Shown: positions 23,757-33,047 of the stretch, one piece after another
Layout of the letters: each line of letters begins with the position of its first letter
How positions within the stretch are numbered: the first letter of the stretch is position 1
Virus record (IMG/VR): IMGVR_UViG_3300010376_002108
Location: 1-64,000 of that record
From: a virus
Lineage: Duplodnaviria > Caudoviricetes
Reading direction: 5' to 3' (one strand)
DNA: 64,000 bases
The notes under the pieces: model-generated
Told to the model about the DNA's origin: nothing
Seen by the model: only the letters and a program-made list of their open reading frames with translations
The model's database searches: none
Position numbers and translations under genes: made by a program

Positions 23757-25670
23757 TTGAAAATCTTGTGGCACAGCAACGGGCCCGCGCCGCTGTCCAA
23801 CACCGGCTACGGCGTGCAGACGGCCCTGTTCACCCCCCGGATCCGCGACATGGGCCACGAGGTGGCCATCTCATGCATGACCGCGATCACCGGGTTCCCG
23901 TCCACCTGGGAGGACATGCCGCTGCTGCCCGCCGGGCTGACCGCCTACAGCGCGGACGTGCTGCCGCAGCACGCCCGGCATTTCTTCGGCCGTGACCCGG
24001 GGCTGGTGATCGTCCACTATGACGCGTGGGCGATTCCCCCGGAGACGGTGCACGGCCTGGCCACCGCGTGCTGGTCGCCGGTGCACTCGGACAAGATGTC
24101 CGCCCCGGACCGGGCGTTCTACGCGCTGACCGAGGCAGTGCCCATGTCCTACTCCCAGCACGGCGTCAAGGCGATGCGTGCGGCCGGGCTCAGCCCGCTG
24201 TACGTGCCGCACGGCGTGGACACCGGGGTTTTCCGGCCGCTGTCTGATGATGAGCGGGCGCGGGCGCGGGCCGAGCTGAACATCCCGCCGGGCGCGTTCG
24301 TGGTCGCCGCCGTGGGCGCGAACAAGGGCACCGACCCGCCGCGCAAGGGCTGGGGTGAGCTGTTCCACGGGTTCGCCCGGTTCCGCGAGCGGCATCCGGA
24401 CGCGGTGCTGGTGTGCCACACGCTGGCCGCGACCCCGGATCAGTGGGGGCTGGACATGCGGCCGATCATCGCGGACCTGGGCATAGGCGACTCGGTGATC
24501 TTTTCCGAGGATTACGCGCAGGTGTGCGGCCTGTACCCGGCGTCGTACGTGGCGAAGCTGACCGGCTGCGCGGACGTGCTGGCCAACCCGTCGTGGGGTG
24601 AGGGGTTCGGCCTGGCGATCCTCCAGGCGCTTGCCTGCGGGGTGCCGGTCATCGTCGGGGACAACTCGGCGCAGACGGAGCTGTGCCCGAAAACGGTCGG
24701 CTGGCGGGTGTCGTGCCAGCCGTACTGGTTCTGGCGTGATCAGGCCAACTGGGCGTGCCCGTCGATCGGCGGCCTGGCTGCGGCGCTGGAGAACGCGTGG
24801 CGGGCCCGGGGGTCGGTGTCGCTGCGGTCGCGGTGCCGCCAGTTCGCGGAATCCTATGACGCGGACCTGGTCGCGGCCACCTATTGGAAGCCGGCTGTCG
24901 AGATGCTGGAGCAGCTTGCCGGGGCGGCCCGGATCCGGCCGCCGGGCAACGGCGGAAGCGTGCCGCTGCCCACCCGCGAGGTGGACGGGCTGCGGTGGCT
25001 GGCCCGGGGGCAGCACACCGACGACTGGATTTCGGTGGCGCACGAGGACGCGCTGGAGCCGGTGCTGTCCGGGCTGCTGCCCGAGGGCGGGGTGCTGCTG
25101 GACGTGGGCGCGCACGTGGGCCGGTGGGCGCTTAGGCTCGCCGGGAAGGCCAGCCGGGTGATCGCGGTGGAGGCGCACCCGGATACCGCTGCGGCGCTGC
25201 GCTACCACGTGACGCTGAACGGGCTGGACGACAAGGTGACGGTGATCGAATGCGCCGCGTGGGATTCGCATGCCCGGCTGGCGATGGCCGACGAGAACCT
25301 GAAAGTCACCGGCGGCTCGACCCGGGTCATTGACACCGACGCGCCGGTGGCCGAGCTGCCGCTCAAGGCGTGGCAGGTGGAGGCGTGGCCGCTGGACGCC
25401 ATCTTGGACGACGACACCAACCAGATCGACCTGTTCAAACTCGACGTCGAAGGCGCCGACCTGCACGCGCTGCGGGGCATGGCGATGATGCTGCGGCAGT
25501 GCCGCCCGGTGCTGTTCATCGAAGACCACTCGATTTACGGCTACTACGAGCAGGCGGACCTGCTGGCCCTGCTCGATGAGCTGGGCTATGACGCGGAGCC
25601 GTTCATCGCGCGGCTGGCCGGGGACCGGCAGGCGCCGTACGTGATCGCCCGGCCCCGTGATGACGGCTGA
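23757..25670 (+). CDS. GT-B (GT4-like) glycosyltransferase fused to an FkbM-family methyltransferase
   Basis: TGYGVQT, PHGVDTGVF, DPPRKGW, PSWGEGFGLAILQALACGVPVI; then LLDVGAHVG, VIAVEA, LFKLDVEGAD; AGGAGG SD with TTG start. Confidence 0.9.
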   Translation: MKILWHSNGPAPLSNTGYGVQTALFTPRIRDMGHEVAISCMTAITGFPSTWEDMPLLPAGLTAYSADVLPQHARHFFGRDPGLVIVHYDAWAIPPETVHGLATACWSPVHSDKMSAPDRAFYALTEAVPMSYSQHGVKAMRAAGLSPLYVPHGVDTGVFRPLSDDERARARAELNIPPGAFVVAAVGANKGTDPPRKGWGELFHGFARFRERHPDAVLVCHTLAATPDQWGLDMRPIIADLGIGDSVIFSEDYAQVCGLYPASYVAKLTGCADVLANPSWGEGFGLAILQALACGVPVIVGDNSAQTELCPKTVGWRVSCQPYWFWRDQANWACPSIGGLAAALENAWRARGSVSLRSRCRQFAESYDADLVAATYWKPAVEMLEQLAGAARIRPPGNGGSVPLPTREVDGLRWLARGQHTDDWISVAHEDALEPVLSGLLPEGGVLLDVGAHVGRWALRLAGKASRVIAVEAHPDTAAALRYHVTLNGLDDKVTVIECAAWDSHARLAMADENLKVTGGSTRVIDTDAPVAELPLKAWQVEAWPLDAILDDDTNQIDLFKLDVEGADLHALRGMAMMLRQCRPVLFIEDHSIYGYYEQADLLALLDELGYDAEPFIARLAGDRQAPYVIARPRDDG

Positions 25671-26301
25671 GGGCTGGTGGGGCTGGCATCCGGATCCGGT
25701 GATCCGGCAGGCGATGGCCTACGGCGCGTCGCAGGACGCCGATGAGCTGGCCGCCGCGCTGGCGCTGGTGCGCGAGGCGCGGCCCCGGGTGGTGGTGGAG
25801 ATCGGCTGTGACCGGGGCTGCACGCTGTACTGCTGGCGGCAGGTGTGCGGCCGGGTGTACGGCATCACCACGGCGGACAATTCCGCCGAGTCGGGCGGGT
25901 CGGGGCTGCCGCTGGACCCGCGCGGCGCCGAGGTGCTGACCGGTGATTCGCATGACCGGGCGTCGCTGGCGTGGCTGGTGACCCGGCTGTGGGACCGGCC
26001 GGGCGCGGGCGTGGACGTGCTGGTCATCGACGGTGACCATTCGCCCGCCGGGGTGCTCGCGGATCTGGGTATGTACGGGCCGCTGGTCCGCGCCCGGGGC
26101 CTGATCCTGCTGCACGACGTCACCCCGTCGGCGGACCCTCGGTCGCGGGTGCACGAGGTGTGGCCTGAGCTGGCGGCCCGGTTTGAGTCCAGCGTGATCG
26201 CCAACCCGGACGGCGGCTACGGTTGGGGCGTGATCCGGGTGCGGCCCGGCGACGTTTTCAATGAACCAGTGACAGCGATCAGGAGCGCAGACGATGAGTG
26301 A
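25657..26301 (+). CDS. class I SAM-dependent methyltransferase (Methyltransf_24-like)
   Basis: VVEIGCDRG, GDSHD, DVLVIDGDHS, GLILLHD. Confidence 0.85.
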   Translation: MMTAEGWWGWHPDPVIRQAMAYGASQDADELAAALALVREARPRVVVEIGCDRGCTLYCWRQVCGRVYGITTADNSAESGGSGLPLDPRGAEVLTGDSHDRASLAWLVTRLWDRPGAGVDVLVIDGDHSPAGVLADLGMYGPLVRARGLILLHDVTPSADPRSRVHEVWPELAARFESSVIANPDGGYGWGVIRVRPGDVFNEPVTAIRSADDE

Positions 26302-26632
26302 CGACGACGAGGCCCCGGCCGCCAGCCTGGACTACGGGCCCAACCCGGCGCTGTCCGCGCAGGAAGGCGTGGACGCCGCCGCCGACCAGCCGACCAACGT
26401 CGAATTCGATGAGGGCACCGGCGGCCACGAGGCCCACGAAACCCCCGAAGGGATCCGGGCGACGGAGGAAAACGTGGCCACCAGCGTGAAACTGCCCACC
26501 GCCCGGGGCCGCGCCGGGCAGCCGAAAACCCAGACCACCGAAGCCAAGCCGGAAGCCAAGCCGGAAGCCAAGCCGGAACCGGAACACCGGGCCGGCGGGC
26601 GCAGGCACGAAGGCGGGGGCCGGCGGGCGTGA
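26294..26632 (+). CDS. acidic low-complexity protein with EAKP x3
   Basis: GAAGCCAAGCCG x3 at 26540-26575; AGGAG SD. Confidence 0.6.
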   Translation: MSDDDEAPAASLDYGPNPALSAQEGVDAAADQPTNVEFDEGTGGHEAHETPEGIRATEENVATSVKLPTARGRAGQPKTQTTEAKPEAKPEAKPEPEHRAGGRRHEGGGRRA

Positions 26633-26922
26633 ACCAGCCGATCCCCCCGGTGGACCCGGGCAACCGGTACCTGGGGCCGGTGCTGTGCGACCTGACCTGC
26701 TCGCGGGGCACCGCCACCGACCAGTCCACCGGGCTCACCGAAGACCAGGCCATCATCACCGTCCGGGCCGGCAACGCGACGCTGACCGTGATGCTGAACA
26801 AGGCCGAGCTGTCGGCGTGGATCGACAACCTGGCCGGCACCCGGGACAAGATGACCGGGCTCACCCTGGCCGGGCACCCGCTGCCCGACGTGCGGCTGCC
26901 GGGCAACGGGGCGCAGCGGTGA
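26629..26922 (+). CDS. hypothetical protein, 97 aa
   Basis: GTGA coupling. Confidence 0.6.
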   Translation: MNQPIPPVDPGNRYLGPVLCDLTCSRGTATDQSTGLTEDQAIITVRAGNATLTVMLNKAELSAWIDNLAGTRDKMTGLTLAGHPLPDVRLPGNGAQR

Positions 26923-27320
26923 CCCGGCTGCTGTTGCTGGACGCCCGGCAGGGCTGGGAGTGCCCGAACTGTGACGTCACTGACGTGACCCGGCCGCTGC
27001 CGCCGGGGGCGTCCCGGTTCCACACCTGCGCCGGGCTGCACATGCTGACCGCGCCGCTGATCCGCGCCGGGGTGGCGTGCAAGGTGGTCGCGGAAGAACG
27101 CGCCGACTACCTCAACGGCGAGGTGCAGAACCACGGCGACGACGGCAAGCCGTACATGGCGGTCCGCACCGTCCGCGACGACGGCGAAGACCTGGCCGTC
27201 AACGCGGGCCTGGCCCGGATGGGCGGCGGCGTGCCCGCGCCGATGGCCGCGCCGAATTACGGGCTGCACGTCGGGGTGCGCGCCGGGCTGGCCGCCGGTG
27301 ACGGCGGCGTACCCCGCTAG
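26919..27320 (+). CDS. phage hypothetical protein with CPNC...RFHTC motif, 133 aa
   Basis: GTGA coupling; WECPNC, SRFHTCAGL, VAEERADY. Confidence 0.7.
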   Translation: MTRLLLLDARQGWECPNCDVTDVTRPLPPGASRFHTCAGLHMLTAPLIRAGVACKVVAEERADYLNGEVQNHGDDGKPYMAVRTVRDDGEDLAVNAGLARMGGGVPAPMAAPNYGLHVGVRAGLAAGDGGVPR

Positions 27321-27703
27321 CCGCCGTGGAACGGGTCGGACGGGCCGCCGGCGAAGTCCATGCCGATCATGCCGTCCAGCACGTGCATCACCACGCCCGG
27401 CTGCACCTGCTGGCCTGGCGGGTCCAGGGGGACGCGGGCCACTGGCCGCCACGCTGACCCGGTGACCGCGACGATGTAGGCGTGCTTGTACCGGCCTGCC
27501 GCTTTCACCTGCACTGTCACCTCGCCGTAGGCCAGGTGCAGCCTGCCGCTCTTGGCCAGGTAGGACGGCGTCCGCGTGATCGGCGCTTCGCCCAGCACCC
27601 GGCCGTCATCTGACCAGACGGTCATCCACAGTTGCACCGGCCCGTCGGGCAGGTTGGCGGCCCGGTGGGCGGCGGCCCACGCGTCCCGCACAACGTCACT
27701 CAC
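27317..27703 (-). CDS. hypothetical protein on the strand opposite the structural operon, 128 aa
   Basis: Fills the gap between + genes exactly; TACGGT lies 6 nt before the GTG (possibly leaderless). Confidence 0.55.
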   Translation of the reverse strand: MSDVVRDAWAAAHRAANLPDGPVQLWMTVWSDDGRVLGEAPITRTPSYLAKSGRLHLAYGEVTVQVKAAGRYKHAYIVAVTGSAWRPVARVPLDPPGQQVQPGVVMHVLDGMIGMDFAGGPSDPFHGG

Positions 27704-27733
27704 GCACCCACCGTATAGACAGGGAGTCCCGCC

Positions 27734-28252
27734 ATGACGTGGACCGCGTCCGCGATTTTCCAGCAGGCGATGCTCAACCCGATCACCCGGGCGGTGAACA
27801 ACGGCACCACGCCCACCGGGTTCACCGCGCTGACCGTCACCGACGTGATCAACGTGGCGTTGTGGAACAACTCGATCACGCCGGACAAGACGGCGGCGGT
27901 CGCCTCCACCGGGTACAACACGGGCCAGTGGGCGTCGGGCGCGAATGAGGTGACCGACGCGACCAACTGGGTGGCCGGCGGCCGGGCGCTCGGCACTAGG
28001 ACGTGGTCGATCGACACCGGGTCCAGCTCGGCGGTGTTCAACGCGCCCAACCTGGCCGGCGGCGGCAACGTCACCCTCACCAACGCCTACGGCTGCCTGG
28101 TGTACGACAACACGATCACCGCCGGGACGGTCGCTAAGCAGGGCATCTGCTACAACTATTTCGGCGGCCCGCAGTCGGTCACGGCGGGCACGTTCACGAT
28201 CATCTGGGCGACCGTGGGCGCGACCACGGGAGTTTTCAACATCACCGTGTGA
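27734..28252 (+). CDS. putative virion structural protein, 172 aa
   Basis: GGGAG SD; Thr/Asn-rich beta-strand pattern, CLVYDNT...GTFTIIW...GVFNITV. Confidence 0.7.
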   Translation: MTWTASAIFQQAMLNPITRAVNNGTTPTGFTALTVTDVINVALWNNSITPDKTAAVASTGYNTGQWASGANEVTDATNWVAGGRALGTRTWSIDTGSSSAVFNAPNLAGGGNVTLTNAYGCLVYDNTITAGTVAKQGICYNYFGGPQSVTAGTFTIIWATVGATTGVFNITV

Positions 28253-28379
28253 GCGGTGCCGGGCGTTGGCGGTAGGCTGCCGGGTGCGGGACCGGGCATG
28301 CCCCCGGCGCTCGCTGCTGCTACGGGCGGCGGCCTGCGGCGGACATCATCCCCGGTCCCGTGTCACGGGTAGGTAGCTG

Positions 28380-29126
28380 ATGCCGGTCACGTTCGACGCG
28401 GCGGGCCCGTCGTCGGCGGGCGCTTCATCGACGTCGAGCCGCACGCTGGCCTGGACGCATCCGACCGGCGCGGCCGGGCGGGTGATCCTGGCCGGGATAT
28501 CATGCGACGCTCCTTCCGACGCGGGGTGGACGGTGGCCTGCACCGCCGCCGGCACGGCGATGACCGCGCTCGGCGGCCTGGTGCACGCGGCCGGGGCCAC
28601 CACCGGCCTGCTGGCCGTGTTCGGCATCCTGTCGGTCGCGTCGGGCACCATCGCCATGTCGTGCACCGTTTCCGGCGGGTCGATCCCCGGTGACATGGAA
28701 GGCGGGTCGCTGAGCTTCACCAGCGGCGGCGCGGCGGCGTTCGGCACCCCGGTCACCGGGTCGGGCACGTCCACCACGCCGAGCGTGTCAGTGGCCGCGA
28801 ACACGTCGGGGAACCTGATCGGCGCGTTCATCGCCTGCGGGGACAGCGTCTCGACGGCCACCAGCCCTTCGACATCCCGGTTCATCATCAACAAGATGAC
28901 CAGCGGCGGCAACGGCACGGGCAACGCGGCCGGGGAAACCGCCCCGGCTACGGGGTCGGCGGTGTCGATGGCCTGGACGATCAACTCGGCCCCGTATGCG
29001 GTGATCGCCGTGGAGGTGCAGGACACCGGCGGCGCGGCGGCCGGGCTGCTGCCGCAGCAGCTCGCCCACCGGCAGTTCGCCTCCCGCACGGGGCACACCC
29101 GCACCGGCGGCAGTTACGCCCGATAG
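28380..29126 (+). CDS. putative virion beta-sandwich protein, 248 aa
   Basis: Gly/Ser/Thr/Ala-rich; preceded by GGGTAGGTAGCTG. Confidence 0.7.
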   Translation: MPVTFDAAGPSSAGASSTSSRTLAWTHPTGAAGRVILAGISCDAPSDAGWTVACTAAGTAMTALGGLVHAAGATTGLLAVFGILSVASGTIAMSCTVSGGSIPGDMEGGSLSFTSGGAAAFGTPVTGSGTSTTPSVSVAANTSGNLIGAFIACGDSVSTATSPSTSRFIINKMTSGGNGTGNAAGETAPATGSAVSMAWTINSAPYAVIAVEVQDTGGAAAGLLPQQLAHRQFASRTGHTRTGGSYAR

Positions 29127-29135
29127 GAGGACCAG

Positions 29136-29411
29136 ATGGCCGAGCTGGACGCCAGCCAGGTGCGGCAGGTGTGGCTCAGCGACGGGCCGCGCCGCCAAGC
29201 CCTGTTTGAAGTGGCCGGCGTGTCCGGCAACGACACGGTGGACCTAGCCGCGCTCGGCCAGTTCGCCCGGATCATGCAGGTGCAGGTGGTCGCCGTGTCC
29301 GGCACGGGTGGCATCGGCACCCCCGGGCTGCCCGGCGGCGGGGTGGTGGCGTTCCCGTCCGGGCTGGCGTCGGATGCGGTGCTGATGCTGGTGGACGGCA
29401 TCCGGCCGTGA
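29136..29411 (+). CDS. hypothetical protein, 91 aa
   Basis: AGGAGG SD. Confidence 0.65.
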   Translation: MAELDASQVRQVWLSDGPRRQALFEVAGVSGNDTVDLAALGQFARIMQVQVVAVSGTGGIGTPGLPGGGVVAFPSGLASDAVLMLVDGIRP

Positions 29412-29908
29412 CCGAGTACATGGCCAGCCCCCGGGCCACCAGCGCGCCGTTCGGCGTGACCGTGGTCGCGCTGGTCGCCACGACCGCGAAAACGGTCCTC
29501 CAGGTGGCCACGCCGTCCACCACCGACATCCGCATCCTCGGCTGGGGCGTGTCGTTCGACGGGGCATCCGGCACGGCGGTGCCGGTGATCTGCCAGCTTT
29601 TGCAGACCGACGTGGCGGCGACGGTCACCACGCTGACCCCGGACACGTGGGGCAACGACCTGGGCCCGGCTAGCTTGTGTGTCGGCGGCACCTCCGCGAC
29701 CGGGTACAACGCCAGCGTGGAGGGCACGATCACGGCGGTGCGGAACTTCGACGCCCAGCACGTGCACCCGCAATCCGGGTACGGCGTGTGGTACCCGGAG
29801 GGCCGGCAGCCGAAAGTCCCGGTGTCGAAGTTCCTGCGCGTCCGGTGCACGGCCCCCGCGAATGTCAACTCGATTCCGTGGATCGTGTGGGATGAGCCCA
29901 GCGTCTAG
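29408..29908 (+). CDS. putative structural protein, 166 aa
   Basis: GTGA coupling; beta-rich. Confidence 0.7.
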   Translation: MTEYMASPRATSAPFGVTVVALVATTAKTVLQVATPSTTDIRILGWGVSFDGASGTAVPVICQLLQTDVAATVTTLTPDTWGNDLGPASLCVGGTSATGYNASVEGTITAVRNFDAQHVHPQSGYGVWYPEGRQPKVPVSKFLRVRCTAPANVNSIPWIVWDEPSV

Positions 29909-29920
29909 GTAGGGGGCGCG

Positions 29921-32900
29921 ATGCCGATCCGGGGCGGCGCGTCTAACGCGTTCCGGGGCTGGCTGGACCCGGACCGGTTCGCCGCCGTCGCGACCGCCGG
30001 CCTGGCGTCCGGCACCGGGCTGGCGCTTGCTTCCCCGGCCGGGCTGACCCCGCAGGTGCAGGCCAACGCCGGGCTCGCCACCGGCGCGGGGGCCGCGCTC
30101 CAGCCGTCGGTGACCACGGTCGCGGGCGGGACGGTGCCGTTCCTGGCCGGAACCGGGCAGGTCACCGGCACCGGCACCAGCCGCGTCTACCCGGTCACCG
30201 CCGCCACCGCCGCTGGGGACACGCTGCTGGCTTTCGTCACGGTCAACAACACGTCGGCCAGCGTCACCGCGTGCACCGACACCAAGGGCAACGTCTACGC
30301 CCTGGACACGCAGTATTCGATCAACAACCCGACGATGGTCGCGTTCCGCTGCGACGGCGCCACCGGCGGCCCCGGCGGCGGACCCACCGCCGCGCTGACC
30401 ACGTCCGACACGCTGACCCTGACCACGACGGCGATCAGCGCCCAGATCGGCCTGGCGCTGTGGGACGTGCCGGGCACGTGGACAACCGACCGGTCAGGGT
30501 CGATCGCCTTCCAGACCAGCGGCACCGCCGGTTCCTGCACGGTAACTCCCGCCGTGGACGCCGACCTGCTGATCGCCGGCTGGGTGATGGGGTCCGCCGG
30601 GCAGCCCGGCACGCCCAGCAGCGGGATGGCGCACGCCAACGGCAGCCCGAATGAGCCGGGCGGCACGGGCCCGTACGTGGCGCTGACCTACCAGCAGCTT
30701 GGCACCGGCACGTCGGGGGTGTCGCAGACCGCCGGGCTGACACTGGCCGCCGCGACAGCGTGGCGTGGCCTGGCGTACACGCTCAAGGTCGCGGTCCCCG
30801 CCGCGTCCGCCCCGGCGGGGCTGGCGTCCGGCGCAGGGACGGCGCAGCAGGCGGCTGGGTCGGCGGCGAGCAACATCCCGGCCGGCCTGGCGTCGGGCGC
30901 TGGCGCGGCCCAGCCTGCGGGGAACGCGGACACCGCCACGGCGGGACTTGCCACGGGCGCGGGCACCGGCCAGCAGGCCAGCGTGGGAGCGGCCGGCAAT
31001 GCCGGGGTCGCCTCCGGGGCCGGCGCTGCGCAGTCGTTGCCGGCGGGCAGCCCGCAGATCACCGCCACGGCCGGGCTCGCCACCGGGACAGGCGCCGCGC
31101 TCGTGCCCGGCAACGCGGACACCGCCGGCGCGGGGCTCGCCACGGGCGCAGGGACCGGACAGCAGGCGCAGGCGCAGATCCAGGTAGCCGCTGGGCTGGC
31201 CACCGGGACGGGTGCGGGACTCGGCGCGACGGTTACCACGTCGTCGTCGGCCAGTGCTCCAGCCGGGGCGGCCACGGGCACGGGTGCGGGACTCCAGGCG
31301 CAGGCCGGGCTCGGCGTCCCCGCGCTGGCCGCCACGGGCACGGGTGCGGGGCAGTCGGCCGGGGCGCAAGTTCAGGCCAATGCCGGGCTGGCCGCCGGAA
31401 CCGGCGCGGCATTCCAGCCGGGCGGCGGGCGCGGTGCCGGGCTCGCGCAGGGCACAGGTGCCGGGCTGGCCGCTCAGGGCGGCACCGGGGGCAATGCGGC
31501 AGCAGCCACCGGGCAGGGCACCGCCCCGGCGGCGCAAGCCGGGACGGGCGCAGACGCCGGGCTCGCGCAGGCCGCCGGCACAGCGCCGCCGGCTACTGCC
31601 GCGCTAGGCGTCACCGCCGGGCTCGCCGCCGCGACCGGGGCAGCGCAGGCACCGGGCACGGGCCGGGGCGCCGGGCTCGCGCAGGCCGCTGGCGCCGGGC
31701 TCCAGCCGGCCGCGCAGCTCACCGTCCCGGCCGGGCTCGCCACCGGGGCAGGCGGGGCGCTGGCCGCCACGGTCACCACCTCGTCGTCCGCCAACGCCCC
31801 CGCGCAGGCCGCCACCGGGGCAGGGACCGGGCTGGGCGCGGGCGTTACGGTCACCGTCCCGGCCGCTACTAGCGCGGCGGCCGGGACGGCACAAACTGCC
31901 CAGGCCGCGCTGACCGTCCAAGCCGGGCTCGCCAGCGGCGGCGGGGCGGCCCTCCAGGCGTCCGTAGGGACCGTCTCCAGCGTCAGCGCGCCCGCCGGGG
32001 CGGCGACGGGCACCGGGCAGGCGCCCGGCGCGGCAGCGGCGCTCACCGTCCCGGCCGGGGCCGCTTCTGCGGCGGGCAGCGGACAGCCGGCCCAGGCCGG
32101 GACGGGCGGCGGCGCGGGTCTAGCATCGGGCAGCGGGTCCGCCCAGCCGGGCAGTATCCAGCTCACTGTCCCGGCTGGGCTGGCCGGCGGCACCGGGCAG
32201 GCGCGCAACCCGTCGGGCAGCCTGTCCGGGGGCGCGTCTGCCGGGCTCGCGCAAGGCGCCGGCACGGCGCAGCCGCCCTCGGCCGCGATCACCGTCCAGG
32301 CGGGGCTCGCCACGGCGGCCGGGCTGGCGCAGCAGGCGTCGCCCGCGCAGACCGCCAGCGCGGGACTGGCCACCGGGCAGGGTGTTTCCGACCCGGTGTC
32401 GGCTGCGGTCACCGGCGGAGCCAACGCCCAGCTCGCGTCGGCCGCCGCCCAGCCGCTAACCCCCAGCTTCGCCGTCACCGTCCAGGCCGGCCTGGCTACC
32501 GGGACCGGTGCCGCGCCCGCTGCGGTCGGCGGTGCTGCGGCCAGCGCACCCGCGCAACCGGCGACCGGCACCGGGCAGGCCCTCCCGCCGGGGTTCGCGG
32601 TCACCGCCACGGCGGGGCTCGCCACGGCCAGCGGGCAGGCCCTCCCGGCTGCGGGCACCCCCGCCCGCACCGCCACCGCCGGCCTGGCCACCGGGACCGG
32701 TGCCGCGCAGCCAGCCATCGGGCAGCGCGGCACCGCTTTCACCGCCGGGCTCGCCACCGCGTCCGGCGCGGCCCCGGTGCCCGGGTTCGCCGTCACAGTC
32801 ACGGCGGGGCGGGCCGCCGCGACCGGCACCGCGCCGGACGCCGGGGTGCACACGGCCATCCCGCCGTCGTTCGGTACCAGCACCCAGGCGTCACGGCTCG

Positions 32901-33046
32901 CCTCGGCCGCCACCGTCCAGGCGTCCGCCGCGCTGGCCAGCCAGGGCGGCGCCGCCGCCACCGCCGCAGCAACGGCCAGCCGGGTACCGGCCGCCACCAC
33001 CGCCGGCTCCGGTACCGTGACCACCACAACCAGCGGGAGGCCCTGA
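29921..33046 (+). CDS. Ala/Gly/Thr-rich repeat protein (about 35 AGLATGxG units) with one inserted globular domain; putative fibre
   Basis: Repeats counted by eye in the 1041-aa translation. Confidence 0.8.
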   Translation: MPIRGGASNAFRGWLDPDRFAAVATAGLASGTGLALASPAGLTPQVQANAGLATGAGAALQPSVTTVAGGTVPFLAGTGQVTGTGTSRVYPVTAATAAGDTLLAFVTVNNTSASVTACTDTKGNVYALDTQYSINNPTMVAFRCDGATGGPGGGPTAALTTSDTLTLTTTAISAQIGLALWDVPGTWTTDRSGSIAFQTSGTAGSCTVTPAVDADLLIAGWVMGSAGQPGTPSSGMAHANGSPNEPGGTGPYVALTYQQLGTGTSGVSQTAGLTLAAATAWRGLAYTLKVAVPAASAPAGLASGAGTAQQAAGSAASNIPAGLASGAGAAQPAGNADTATAGLATGAGTGQQASVGAAGNAGVASGAGAAQSLPAGSPQITATAGLATGTGAALVPGNADTAGAGLATGAGTGQQAQAQIQVAAGLATGTGAGLGATVTTSSSASAPAGAATGTGAGLQAQAGLGVPALAATGTGAGQSAGAQVQANAGLAAGTGAAFQPGGGRGAGLAQGTGAGLAAQGGTGGNAAAATGQGTAPAAQAGTGADAGLAQAAGTAPPATAALGVTAGLAAATGAAQAPGTGRGAGLAQAAGAGLQPAAQLTVPAGLATGAGGALAATVTTSSSANAPAQAATGAGTGLGAGVTVTVPAATSAAAGTAQTAQAALTVQAGLASGGGAALQASVGTVSSVSAPAGAATGTGQAPGAAAALTVPAGAASAAGSGQPAQAGTGGGAGLASGSGSAQPGSIQLTVPAGLAGGTGQARNPSGSLSGGASAGLAQGAGTAQPPSAAITVQAGLATAAGLAQQASPAQTASAGLATGQGVSDPVSAAVTGGANAQLASAAAQPLTPSFAVTVQAGLATGTGAAPAAVGGAAASAPAQPATGTGQALPPGFAVTATAGLATASGQALPAAGTPARTATAGLATGTGAAQPAIGQRGTAFTAGLATASGAAPVPGFAVTVTAGRAAATGTAPDAGVHTAIPPSFGTSTQASRLASAATVQASAALASQGGAAATAAATASRVPAATTAGSGTVTTTTSGRP

Positions 33047-33047
33047 A

